This document shows, in pieces, positions 38,003-47,973 of a stretch of 64,000 nt of DNA. How positions within the stretch are numbered: the first letter of the stretch is position 1; each line of letters starts with the position of its first letter. A program made the position numbers and the translations under genes. The DNA is from an uncultured Bacilli bacterium (GTDB lineage: Bacteria > Bacillota_I > Bacilli_A > RF39 > UBA660): NCBI GenBank assembly GCA_947629405.1, contig CANRDL010000003.1, forward strand, positions 11,526-75,525, read 5' to 3'. The notes under the pieces are model-generated. The model was not told the DNA's origin and made no database searches. It worked only from the letters and a program-made list of their open reading frames with translations.

Positions 38003-38748
38003 AATCATTTTACTTAACTGATTGTGGTAAAGTAAGAGACCATAATGAAGATAGTGTAAGTATAATTAAAAATGCTAGTAATGAATATTTAGTTATGGTA
38101 GCAGATGGTATGGGCGGACATAGAGCTGGAGAAGTTGCTAGTTCTATGGCAGTTACTCATCTAGGCAAAAGATTTAATGAACTTGGATCTATTGGAACTA
38201 AATTAGATACTGTAAATTGGTTAAATGAAAATATAACAGAAATTAATAAAAATATTTTTGATTATGCTGTTGAACACCCAGATTCTACCGGTATGGGAAC
38301 AACATTAGTTTTAGCGATTATTACTAAAGAATTTTTGATTTTTGGCAATATTGGTGATTCTTCAGGATTCGTAGTTAAAAATGGAAAAATGCATAAAGTC
38401 ACTAAAGATCATACCTTAGTAAATTTACTTGTGGCATCAGGTGATTTAACACCAGAAGAAGCGATATATCATCCTAAGAAAAATGTTTTAATGAAAGCCC
38501 TTGGAGTAACTGAAAATATCGACATTGATATATTTGATGTTGATATGAGTGCAACTGGTATATTTCTATGTAGCGATGGGGTTACTAATATGTTAACACC
38601 TGAACAAATAGAGAAAATCTTAAATGATCCAGAATTAGATATTGAAGAAAAAGTAATAAAAATTATTAGAAAATGCAACGCTAGAGGGGGTAGCGATAAT
38701 ATATCTGTAGCTTACTTAGAAAAAGATGAGGGAAGTGAAGAATTGTGA
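37999..38748 (+). CDS. stp: PP2C-family Ser/Thr protein phosphatase
   Basis: RDHNEDS, ADGMGGH and GGSDNIS motifs. It is coupled to prkC. Confidence 0.9.
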   Translation: MKSFYLTDCGKVRDHNEDSVSIIKNASNEYLVMVADGMGGHRAGEVASSMAVTHLGKRFNELGSIGTKLDTVNWLNENITEINKNIFDYAVEHPDSTGMGTTLVLAIITKEFLIFGNIGDSSGFVVKNGKMHKVTKDHTLVNLLVASGDLTPEEAIYHPKKNVLMKALGVTENIDIDIFDVDMSATGIFLCSDGVTNMLTPEQIEKILNDPELDIEEKVIKIIRKCNARGGSDNISVAYLEKDEGSEEL

Positions 38749-40475
38749 TAACAAAGGGGCAAAAAATTAGTGATAGATATCAGATTATTAAAACTATTGG
38801 CGAAGGTGGAATGGCAAATGTTTACCTTGCTTATGATACAATTTTAGATCGAAATGTTGCAATTAAAGTTTTGCGTGGAGATCTTGCTAATGATGAAAAA
38901 TTTTTAAGGCGTTTTCAAAGAGAAGCCCTTTCAGCTTCTAGCTTATCTCATCCTAATATTGTTGAAGTATATGATGTCGGAGAAGATAATGGTCAATATT
39001 ATATAGTAATGGAATATATTGAGGGTAAACATTTAAAAAATTTAATTAAAAAGCGTGAGAAACTTACTGTTAGTGAAGTTGTAGATATTATGTTACAAAT
39101 TACAGATGGAATGAGTTGTGCTCATGATTCATATATTATCCATCGTGATATTAAACCGCAAAATATAATGATTTTAGAAAATGGAATGGTAAAGATTACT
39201 GACTTCGGAATTGCTATGGCAATGAATTCTACGCAACTTACCCAAACTAATTCCGTAATGGGTTCTGTTCATTATTTACCACCTGAACAAGCAAGTGGAA
39301 AAGGTTCTACTATTCAAAGTGATATTTATTCAATGGGAATCTTAATGTATGAATTATTAAGTGGACATCTTCCTTACAGTGGTGATAATGCTGTAGAAAT
39401 AGCTTTAAAACATTTAAAAGAACCACTTCCAAGTATTAGACAATATTTACCAAATATTCCCCAAAGTGTAGAGAATGTAATTTTGAAAGCTACTGCTAAA
39501 AATCCTAAAAACCGATATGCTGATGCTAGAGAAATGCATGAAGATTTAAAAACTGTTTTGGATGAAGCAAGATTAAATGAACCTAAATATAAATACCCTT
39601 ATGAAGACGGTAATTTAGATGATACTAAAATTATGAAGGCTATTAAAAGTGATGACGATAAGAAAGAAGAAGACCAAATTGCTAAAAAAATTACCACTAA
39701 TGATTTAAAGAAACAAAATAAATTATTAATAATTTTAGCTTCTATTTTTACTGGTTTAATTCTTGTTACAACAGTTTGTATATTTTTGCTTCCAAAAGTT
39801 TTTTCAAAACCTAATGTAAAAGTTCCTGATGTAACTGGTTTGTCCGTTTCCGAAGCTGATAAAAAATTGACTAAAGCAGGTTTTTCTGTAGAAGCCGATG
39901 TCAGAACTGAATCTAGTTCTAAAATTAAAAAAGGTAAAATTACAAGAACTTCACCTGCTGCTGGACGAACAGTAAAAAAAGGTACAGAAATAACTTTATA
40001 TAAATCACTTGGTAATACCAAAATGATTTTAAAAGATTATACTAACACTAATTATTTAATTGCTAAATCCGAATTAGAGGCTTTGTCAGTTAATGTTGTT
40101 ATTGAAAAAGTGGAAGTTGATAATCCTAGTAATTATACCGATGGCAATGTTATAAAACAATCACCTAAAGCAAAAACTACTTTAAAAGAAGGAGATACAG
40201 TTCATTTATATATACCGGATGTTGATTCAAAATATCCTGATTTTGTTGCCGAAGGTTGGACAGAAGATAAAGTGCGTTCTTTTGCTACTCAATATGGTTT
40301 AAGTCTTTCTGTTGAAAGAAAAGAGAGTGATTATTATCCAGCGGGTGTTGTTATGGCTCAAAGTAGAGCAGCTGGTTCGAAAATCGTTACTGGGGCATCA
40401 CTTAAAATTACTGTTGCGATGGAAGCCCAAAATGTCGAAGAATCTGATTCTGAGGAAAGTGATGTTTTAGAATAA
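38745..40475 (+). CDS. prkC: Ser/Thr protein kinase with three PASTA domains
   Basis: GEGGMANVY, VAIK, HRDIKPQN and DFG motifs, one TM segment and three PASTA-like repeats. Confidence 0.92.
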   Translation: MITKGQKISDRYQIIKTIGEGGMANVYLAYDTILDRNVAIKVLRGDLANDEKFLRRFQREALSASSLSHPNIVEVYDVGEDNGQYYIVMEYIEGKHLKNLIKKREKLTVSEVVDIMLQITDGMSCAHDSYIIHRDIKPQNIMILENGMVKITDFGIAMAMNSTQLTQTNSVMGSVHYLPPEQASGKGSTIQSDIYSMGILMYELLSGHLPYSGDNAVEIALKHLKEPLPSIRQYLPNIPQSVENVILKATAKNPKNRYADAREMHEDLKTVLDEARLNEPKYKYPYEDGNLDDTKIMKAIKSDDDKKEEDQIAKKITTNDLKKQNKLLIILASIFTGLILVTTVCIFLLPKVFSKPNVKVPDVTGLSVSEADKKLTKAGFSVEADVRTESSSKIKKGKITRTSPAAGRTVKKGTEITLYKSLGNTKMILKDYTNTNYLIAKSELEALSVNVVIEKVEVDNPSNYTDGNVIKQSPKAKTTLKEGDTVHLYIPDVDSKYPDFVAEGWTEDKVRSFATQYGLSLSVERKESDYYPAGVVMAQSRAAGSKIVTGASLKITVAMEAQNVEESDSEESDVLE

Positions 40476-41308
40476 TGATAGGACGAATTGTTAAAAAAGA
40501 AAGTAAAGATTATGTATTAAAGACAGAAAAAGGTATAATTACAATGCCAGCAAGAGGAAAGATTAATTTTAATAAAATTAATCTTTTAGTTGGTGATATA
40601 GTAAATATTGATTGGGATAATCAAATAATTGAAAATGTAAAAGAAAGAAAAAATGAATTAAGAAGGCCAAGAATTGCTAATGTCGATTTATGTTTATTAG
40701 TAATGTCTTTAAGAGAACCAAATTTTTCTGCTCATTTACTTGATAAAAATTTATCGTTCATAATTTTTAACAAAATTAAACCTATTATTTGTTTTACAAA
40801 ATGTGATTTAATAACTGAAGATGAAAAAAAATATTATTTAAAATTAAAAAAGTATTATGAAAATATAGGAATTCAAGTTGTATTTAATAATGAAATAACT
40901 AAAATTAAAAAAATAATAAAAGATAAAGTAGTCGTTTTAACTGGGCAAACAGGTGCTGGGAAGTCAACTCTTTTAAATAAATTAGATAGTAATTTAAATT
41001 TAAAAACTTCGCCAATTAGTAAGGCTTTAAATAGAGGAGTACATACTACTAAGCATGTTCAACTTTTTAGTATTTGTTCTTCTTTAATCGCGGATACTCC
41101 CGGTTTTTCTTCCTTGGATTTAAGAGAAATGACTAAAAATGATATAAAAGATACTTTTAAAGAATTTAATAAAATAAATTGTATTTATAAAAATTGTTTT
41201 CATATAAATGAAAAAGATTGTAATGTAAAAAAAGCTGTCGATCAAGGCATTATCTTAAAAAGTCGTTATGATAACTATGTTAAGTTTATAAATGAGGTGA
41301 AAAAATGA
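40475..41308 (+). CDS. rsgA: Ribosome small-subunit-dependent GTPase A
   Basis: Circularly permuted GTPase (FTKCDL ... GQTGAGKSTLLN) with a C-terminal Cys/His zinc motif (CIYKNCFHINEKDC). Confidence 0.9.
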   Translation: MIGRIVKKESKDYVLKTEKGIITMPARGKINFNKINLLVGDIVNIDWDNQIIENVKERKNELRRPRIANVDLCLLVMSLREPNFSAHLLDKNLSFIIFNKIKPIICFTKCDLITEDEKKYYLKLKKYYENIGIQVVFNNEITKIKKIIKDKVVVLTGQTGAGKSTLLNKLDSNLNLKTSPISKALNRGVHTTKHVQLFSICSSLIADTPGFSSLDLREMTKNDIKDTFKEFNKINCIYKNCFHINEKDCNVKKAVDQGIILKSRYDNYVKFINEVKK

Positions 41309-41934
41309 AAGCATCTATTTCTTTTTTAAGTAGTAAATTTACAACTTTAGAAACATTAATAAAAATTGATAGTACTGATGCTTCTTATGTTCATGTCGAT
41401 ATTATGGATGGAAAATTTACCGATAGTGTATTTGATCCAATTGAAGAATTAAAACATACAGTCTTATCTAAAAAGTTAGATGTTCATTTAATGACCTTAG
41501 ATGTTTTAAATTGGATAGAAAAATTAAATAATTTAAATATTAGTTATATAACTTTTCATAGTGAAATAAAAGAAAATAAAAAGAAAATAATTGAATATAT
41601 TAAAAGTCAAAAAATAAAAGTAGGAATGGCTATTAATCCCGAAACTAAAGTTAGTTCAATTAAACCATATCTAAAAGATTTAGATTTAGTTTTAGTATTA
41701 GGTGTTAATCCTGGTAAGGGAGGCCAAGAATTTATTTTAAATACTGTTGATAAAATTGAAGAATTAAAAAATTTAAAAAAAGAATTTGGTTATAAATATA
41801 AAATTGAGGTTGATGGTGGCATTAATGACGAAAATGCCAAGCTAGTTGAAAAAGCTGGATGCGATATTATAGTTTGTGGCTCATTTGTGTGCAAAAGAAA
41901 TAATTTTCAAGAGCAAATTAATTTATTAAAATAA
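41305..41934 (+). CDS. rpe: Ribulose-phosphate 3-epimerase (divergent)
   Basis: HVDIMDG, GVNPGKGGQ and VDGGI motifs. It occupies the conserved position after rsgA. Confidence 0.8.
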   Translation: MKASISFLSSKFTTLETLIKIDSTDASYVHVDIMDGKFTDSVFDPIEELKHTVLSKKLDVHLMTLDVLNWIEKLNNLNISYITFHSEIKENKKKIIEYIKSQKIKVGMAINPETKVSSIKPYLKDLDLVLVLGVNPGKGGQEFILNTVDKIEELKNLKKEFGYKYKIEVDGGINDENAKLVEKAGCDIIVCGSFVCKRNNFQEQINLLK

Positions 41935-41958
41935 AAAAATGCATTTTTATGCATTTTT
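41935..41958. terminator. Bidirectional hairpin shared by rpe and convergent rpmB
   Basis: AAAAATGCAT(41935-44)/ATGCATTTTT(41949-58). It overlaps the rpmB stop codon. Confidence 0.6.
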
Positions 41959-42108
41959 ATTTTTAACTTCTCTAGCTGAAATTCTTACTTTTTTGCCATT
42001 TACAGTTTTCTTTTGAAGATTAAGTTTTTGTTGTCTCTTCGTTTTATTTTGGGCATGTGAACGGTTATTTCCAGTTAAAGGTTTTTTACTAGTTGCTTTT
42101 TTTGCCAT
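41947..42108 (-). CDS. rpmB: 50S ribosomal protein L28 (53 aa; absent from the supplied ORF track)
   Basis: Minus strand: GGAGGAGTGTTT-ATG, then MAKKATSKKPLTGNNRSHAQNKTKRQQKLNLQKKTVNGKKVRISAREVKNKNA*. The GNNxSHAxNKTKR core is the L28 signature. Confidence 0.85.
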   Translation of the reverse strand: MAKKATSKKPLTGNNRSHAQNKTKRQQKLNLQKKTVNGKKVRISAREVKNKNA

Positions 42109-42233
42109 AAACACTCCTCCTTAAAGATATTTACTAATGAATAATAACATATTATATTATTTTAGTCAAATAAATATGTATATTTTGTAAACAAATTATA
42201 TTGATGTTATAATGAATATGAAAGGTGATAGGT

Positions 42234-45134
42234 ATGTTTATTCCATTGTCAATTAAAACAGATTATAGTTTACTTAAAAGTCTAATAAAAATAAAAGATT
42301 TTAATGACATTAAAAATAAGCAATTTTCTGGTTTAGGTATAACCGATGAAAATTTATTTGGTTGTATGGAATTTTATAAAATGTGTAAGGCTAATAATTT
42401 AAAACCAATTATTGGTTTAGAAGTTACAGTTAATAAATTACCTATTTATTTATATGCTAAAAATTATTATGGTTATCAAAATTTACTTATTCTTAATACT
42501 TTAAAACAACAAAGAGATTTAAGTATTAGTGATATAAAATTAAATAGAACTAATATTTTAGTTGTTTTACCATTTCAAAGTAAAGAATTTTATAGCGAAA
42601 TAAAAGAAGATGTTTATATTAGTTATAAAAATGAATATGAAAAAAAGAATAGTTTAATTATTACGGATAAGATTGTTTTTATAAATGATGTTAAAGCTTT
42701 TAAAAATAGTGATTTAAAGTATTTGCGTTATCTTTACTTAATAGAAGCCGGAAAAACGATAAATGAAGATGATTTTAAAATAGAAAATGATTACAGTTTA
42801 GAAGTTTATGACACTATTTCTAATTTTGATAAAAAAACAACAATTGATTTTGCCGATAATATTAATTTGGAATTTAATTTTAATCAAAAATATATACCAT
42901 TGTATGATAAAAAAAATAATTCTAAAGATTTACTATTTTCGTTATGTAAGAAGGGTTTACAAAAACGATTAAATAATAATATTAACGATATTTATTTAAA
43001 CCGTCTAAAAAAAGAGCTTAAAGTTATAGTGGAAATGGGCTTTATTGATTATTTTTTAATCGTTTATGATTATGTTAAATATGCTAAATCTAATGATATT
43101 TTAGTTGGTCCCGGCCGTGGAAGTGCAGCGGGTTCATTAGTTTCATATTGTTTAGGAATTACCGAAATTGATCCGATAAAATATAATTTAGTTTTTGAAA
43201 GATTTTTAAATAAAGAGCGTATTTCGATGCCTGATATAGATATAGATTTTGAATATACTAAAAGAGATCAAGTAATTGATTATGTAAAAGAAAAATATGG
43301 TAAAGAAAATGTTGGACTTATTATAACTTTTAATAATTTAAAAGAAAAACAAGTAATTCGTGATGTAGCGCGAGTTTTAAATATCGATACTAAAATTGTC
43401 GATGAGCTTTCTAATATGATAAATGTTAAAGAAAAATACTTAAAAAATAACTTAAATAATAAAAAATTTGTTAAATATATTAAAGATAATCATTTAGAAA
43501 AATTATTTAAAATAGCGATGAAATTAGAAGGATTAAAAAGACATATTTCTACTCATGCTGCTGGGGTTGTAATAAGTAGTGAAAAATTAGATAAAATTAT
43601 TCCGATATCTTTAAACAATAATACTAGAATGACTGGTTTTACAATGGATTATCTAGAAGAAATTGGCCTTCTAAAAATGGATTTCTTAGCTTTAAAGAAT
43701 TTGACCATAATAAATAATATTTTAAAAGATATAGAAAAAAATACTAATGAGAAAATTAATTTAAGTCAGATACCTTTAGATGATAAAGCAACTTTAAAAT
43801 TATTTAATGAAGCAGATACTTTGGGAATTTTTCAATTTGAAAGTAAAGGAATGATAAACTTTTTATCTAAACTAAAAGTTACTTCTTTTAGTGATTTAAT
43901 TGCCGCAATTGCTTTATTTAGACCAGGCCCTATGGAAAATATTGATTCTTTTATCAATAGAAAACATGGTTTAGAAAAAATTACATACCCTGTATTAGAA
44001 ATTGAAGATATTTTAAAAGAAACTTATGGCATAATTGTTTATCAAGAACAAATAATTGAAATATTAAGAAGAGTAGGTAATTATTCATTTTCAAAAGCAG
44101 ATAATATCCGGAAGGCCATGAGTAAAAAACAAATAAATATTATGGAAAAAGAAAGACTTACATTTATTGATTCAGCGATAAACAATGGCTTTTCTAAAGA
44201 AGTTGCTACATCTTTATATGATTTGATTATAAAATTTGCTAGTTATGGTTTTAATAAAGCCCATTCTGTTTCGTATGCTCTAGTAGGTTATCAAATGGCA
44301 TATTTAAAAGTGCATTATAAAGAAATATTTATGGCAAATTTATTAAATAATGTTATATCAAGTGATATTAAAACGAAAGAATATTTAGATGAAGCGAAAA
44401 AATTAAATGTCACTATTAAAAAACCAGATATAAATATATCAACTGATAAATATATTATTGATAATAAAAATTTAATCTTACCTCTTTCTATTATTAAAAA
44501 TTTAGGAGCTGGGGCAGTTAATACCATAATGGAAAAAAGAAAAGATTCTTTATTTTTAGACTTTTTTGATTTTGTGGCAAGATGCTACTCTAAATCTATT
44601 AATAAAAAGACCATTGAAAACTTAATTTTAGCGGATGCTTTAAATTGTTTTAATTATAATAAAAATACTCTTTTAAATAATATTGATCGAGCAATTACTT
44701 ATGCTGAACTTGCTCAGTCAATTGATTCTACTTTACTTGAAAAACCATGCATGGAAATTATTGAAGAAATGAATATAAATGAACTAAACAAATATGAAAA
44801 AAATATTTTTGGATTTTATATTTCTAATCATCCAGCCAGTAAATTTAAACAAGAAGGAATAATGAAATTATGTCATATGCAAAAATATTTTGATAAAAAT
44901 ATAAAATGTATTGTTTTAATTGAAAATATTAAAATAATCCAAACAAAGAAAAATGAAAAAATGGCATTTATAACAGCAAGTGATGAAACTGGTACGGCAG
45001 AATTTATCTTATTCCCTAAAATTTATAATAATTATACGAATATAAAAGTAGGTAATATCTGTCTAATTTATGGTAAAGTAACTAAAAGATTTGAAAAGTA
45101 TCAAATAACAGCAGCAAATATTACAATAAAGTAA
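42234..45134 (+). CDS. dnaE: DNA polymerase III alpha subunit (DnaE type)
   Basis: PHP domain, GPGRGSAAGSLVSYCLGIT, MPDIDIDF and a C-terminal OB fold. ATG 42234 is preferred because the track GTG at 42225 lies inside the SD AAAGGTGA. Confidence 0.9.
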   Translation: MFIPLSIKTDYSLLKSLIKIKDFNDIKNKQFSGLGITDENLFGCMEFYKMCKANNLKPIIGLEVTVNKLPIYLYAKNYYGYQNLLILNTLKQQRDLSISDIKLNRTNILVVLPFQSKEFYSEIKEDVYISYKNEYEKKNSLIITDKIVFINDVKAFKNSDLKYLRYLYLIEAGKTINEDDFKIENDYSLEVYDTISNFDKKTTIDFADNINLEFNFNQKYIPLYDKKNNSKDLLFSLCKKGLQKRLNNNINDIYLNRLKKELKVIVEMGFIDYFLIVYDYVKYAKSNDILVGPGRGSAAGSLVSYCLGITEIDPIKYNLVFERFLNKERISMPDIDIDFEYTKRDQVIDYVKEKYGKENVGLIITFNNLKEKQVIRDVARVLNIDTKIVDELSNMINVKEKYLKNNLNNKKFVKYIKDNHLEKLFKIAMKLEGLKRHISTHAAGVVISSEKLDKIIPISLNNNTRMTGFTMDYLEEIGLLKMDFLALKNLTIINNILKDIEKNTNEKINLSQIPLDDKATLKLFNEADTLGIFQFESKGMINFLSKLKVTSFSDLIAAIALFRPGPMENIDSFINRKHGLEKITYPVLEIEDILKETYGIIVYQEQIIEILRRVGNYSFSKADNIRKAMSKKQINIMEKERLTFIDSAINNGFSKEVATSLYDLIIKFASYGFNKAHSVSYALVGYQMAYLKVHYKEIFMANLLNNVISSDIKTKEYLDEAKKLNVTIKKPDINISTDKYIIDNKNLILPLSIIKNLGAGAVNTIMEKRKDSLFLDFFDFVARCYSKSINKKTIENLILADALNCFNYNKNTLLNNIDRAITYAELAQSIDSTLLEKPCMEIIEEMNINELNKYEKNIFGFYISNHPASKFKQEGIMKLCHMQKYFDKNIKCIVLIENIKIIQTKKNEKMAFITASDETGTAEFILFPKIYNNYTNIKVGNICLIYGKVTKRFEKYQITAANITIK

Positions 45135-45170
45135 AAGACAAAAACTATTTAATTATTTTTGTCTTTTTTT
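45133..45170. terminator. Bidirectional terminator after dnaE
   Basis: AAAAGACAAAAA/TTTTTGTCTTTT hairpin. Confidence 0.75.
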
Positions 45171-45664
45171 GATATAAAAAAAATATATTTATGAAGATTT
45201 TTAGGCTCTTTCAAAATTTCAAAAGAAACATATTTATCAACTAAGGTTACAATCCATCCTTCTTTACTTATTGGAGGTTTTATATTTAAGGGAAACATGT
45301 GCCTTTTTATAATGTTTTCTATTTTTTTATTCATTAAATTAGGAAAAATTTTTTAGGAATTTTTAAAAGCTTGATTAGCATGTATAAAGCCATGTTTTTG
45401 AAAAAATTTTGTTTTTTTCGTTTTATTTTGCCATGGGTTATTATAAAAATCATGAAGAAGCCCACCAATAGCAGCTGATTTATAATCTAATTTCAATTTT
45501 TTAGCTAGACAATAAGATAATTTAGAAACTGCTAGTGAATGATCGTAAACTGTTACCTTGCCATGATGAAGAAATTTTTTTCTTTTCTTAAATTCTTTAT
45601 TATTAAGTATTGGTTTAACTATTTCATAATATTCGTTAAAATCTTTTTTGTTTTTGTCCACCAT
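45149..45664 (-). pseudogene. HD-domain phosphohydrolase interrupted by a single in-frame TAA
   Basis: The likely start is ATG 45664 (MVDKNKKDF...). The HD motif is GGLLHDF. The reading is ...HANQAFKNS-TAA(45353-45355)-KIFPNLMNKKIENIIKRHMFPLN..., and both track ORFs (45353..45766 and 45149..45334) are in the same frame. Confidence 0.75.
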
Positions 45665-45900
45665 AAAATTCTCTTTTCCAAAATTATTATATAATTTTTT
45701 TATAATGTTAACAATAAAAACTAAAAATTTAAATAAAAAAAATTGCATGATTAAAATATAAATCATTAGTAGAAAAATTAATTTCTCCAGTTTATTTTTT
45801 TAAAAATTAAATTATAGGTTAAGTTGCGGACATTGTTTGTCATGTGATATAATTAAAAAGGAATGCCATAAATTTATTTTATGTCTAAATAGGAGGGTTT

Positions 45901-47880
45901 ATGAACAAAGAGTTATACACTAAGTTAAAAGAAGACTTAGCTGAAGCAGTAAGAAGTAAAAATATTCAAAAAATAGAGGAAATAAAGAAGATATTAAATA
46001 TTCCTAAAGAGCAGGAAGCCTATTTTTCACAAGGTTTAACAGGATATTCTTCTGTAGATAAAGTATGGCTAAAACATTACAAAGAAGGTGCAGAAGATTT
46101 CGCTAACAATATTCCTGTTAATAAAACTGTTTGGGAAGTTGCTGAATCACTTCTTGAAAAATATTCTAATATAAATTTTATTGAATATTTTGGGAGAAAT
46201 ATATCAAGGGAAACATTTGCAAGTTATGTAGAGATGTGGGCACGTGCTTTTAGAGGAGTTGGAATAAAAAAAGGAGATCTTATTCCTATATATACACCTG
46301 CAACCCCTGAAGCATTTGCAATGTTTTTTGCTGCTAATGCAATCGGTGCAATACCATATTATCAGAAGCTTGCTATAACAAAAGAAGCATTAGAAAAAGA
46401 AACTAAAGGTGCTAAATTTGCTGTGGTATTCGATTCATTGTGGAAAAATGTTAAAGATGTGTATGAACAAGATAGATTTAAGAATGTATTTGTAATATCA
46501 GCTGCTGATAGTATGATGTTTCCATTGAAACAAATGACTAAATTTAAAAGTTTTATTGAAGAAAGTAAAAACAAAAATGCTATACCTAAAACAAATAAAT
46601 TTATATCAACAGATAAAGCTAAAGTCATAGCTAAATATTATACTGGAGAATATAAAGTACCTTTTGAAAAAGATAGAATAGCAGCAATAACTACATCAAG
46701 TGGAACTACAAGTAGTGTTGTTAAAGGTATAATGGATACAAATGAAGGTATTTTATCATCTCTTGCATGTACAATAAATGCTGAAACTGGTTATACAGAA
46801 GGAAAGAGAACACTAACATGTTTTCCTCCTACTGCATCAACATCTATTAATTGTTTGCAATTATTACCAACATTTACAGGTGGAACAATAGTATTTGATC
46901 CACGTGTTGACATGTCTATTTGGTATGATCAAGTAATGAAAAACAAACCGGATATAACTATTTCAACTGGACCAATGTGGGAAAGATTTGTTCAAGATTT
47001 ATTAAAAAAAGAAAAAGAAACTGGTAAAATTCAAGATTTATCATGGCAAGATTATTTTATAATGGGAGGAGCAGGAACTACTCATAATATATTAAATAAT
47101 TTAAATTCTATAGTACGTGAACGTGGAGCACAAAGAGATTTTATGGTTGGGTATGGTTTTTCTGAAGTGTTTGGTGTATTATCTGTTGCTAAATATAATG
47201 GCAATTATAAGGAATCAAATAATACTAAACAAGTAATTAGTGTTGGTATTCCACTACCGGGATATACTGTTGGAATATTTGATGAAAATGGAAAAGAATT
47301 ACCTTATGGTACTGGCGTTCGCGGTGAATTATGGATTAAGGCTCCATCAAATATGGAAGGTTATTTTAATAAACCTAAAGAAACTGCTACAACTGTAATT
47401 GATGGTTGGATACATAGTGGTGATTTATGTGAAATAGATAATGAAGGTTACATTTATTGCTATGGAAGAATAAAAAATAGTATGACAATCAATAATCAAA
47501 AAACATATTTATTTGATATTGCAAATGATTTAAGAGACCATTTTGGGTTACATGATATAATAATTGAAAAGAAAAAGTTAGAAGATGGAAATTTATCATT
47601 AAATATGTATTTTGTACAAGAACCTGAAAAATCAATGGATACTAAAGAGTTAATATTTAGTATAGATGATTATTTAAGTAAAAAGAATATTACTATAGAT
47701 GGTTATAAAGAATTTAAAAATTCTTTACCAATAGATCCAACAACACTTAAGCCAAAAAGTAGAGATAAAGAAGGGTTTATTAAATACATTAATGATGAAA
47801 AGTGTGATATTTCATATATAGAAATATCAAATGATATTTATCAAAAAAGTGAAAATTTAAAAGCTTACATAAAAAAGTAG
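45901..47880 (+). CDS. Adenylate-forming (AMP-binding, acyl-CoA ligase-like) enzyme
   Basis: RBS AGGAGGG. Motifs TTSSGTTSSVVKG, YGFSEVFG, GELWIK...GYFNKP and GWIHSGDL...GYIYCYGRIKN. Confidence 0.8.
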   Translation: MNKELYTKLKEDLAEAVRSKNIQKIEEIKKILNIPKEQEAYFSQGLTGYSSVDKVWLKHYKEGAEDFANNIPVNKTVWEVAESLLEKYSNINFIEYFGRNISRETFASYVEMWARAFRGVGIKKGDLIPIYTPATPEAFAMFFAANAIGAIPYYQKLAITKEALEKETKGAKFAVVFDSLWKNVKDVYEQDRFKNVFVISAADSMMFPLKQMTKFKSFIEESKNKNAIPKTNKFISTDKAKVIAKYYTGEYKVPFEKDRIAAITTSSGTTSSVVKGIMDTNEGILSSLACTINAETGYTEGKRTLTCFPPTASTSINCLQLLPTFTGGTIVFDPRVDMSIWYDQVMKNKPDITISTGPMWERFVQDLLKKEKETGKIQDLSWQDYFIMGGAGTTHNILNNLNSIVRERGAQRDFMVGYGFSEVFGVLSVAKYNGNYKESNNTKQVISVGIPLPGYTVGIFDENGKELPYGTGVRGELWIKAPSNMEGYFNKPKETATTVIDGWIHSGDLCEIDNEGYIYCYGRIKNSMTINNQKTYLFDIANDLRDHFGLHDIIIEKKKLEDGNLSLNMYFVQEPEKSMDTKELIFSIDDYLSKKNITIDGYKEFKNSLPIDPTTLKPKSRDKEGFIKYINDEKCDISYIEISNDIYQKSENLKAYIKK

Positions 47881-47883
47881 TTA

Positions 47884-47915
47884 AAGGATAAACAATTTAA
47901 AAAGTTTATCTTTTT
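47884..47915 (+). terminator. Terminator
   Basis: GATAAAC/GTTTATC hairpin plus TTTTT. Confidence 0.6.
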
Positions 47916-47973
47916 ATGTACATTTTTTTGAAAGAAGGTAAAATTAATGATATAATTGTAATGGTGAAATAGT

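Noticed and set aside
45353-45355. In-frame TAA in the HD gene (and TAG at 4761-4763) as evidence of stop-codon reassignment or programmed readthrough
   Set aside because: TAA is the most common terminator of clearly complete genes in this window, and TAG and TGA also terminate genes (for example ligA and the response regulator end in TGA). Trp is always TGG. Ordinary nonsense mutations are the simpler explanation.
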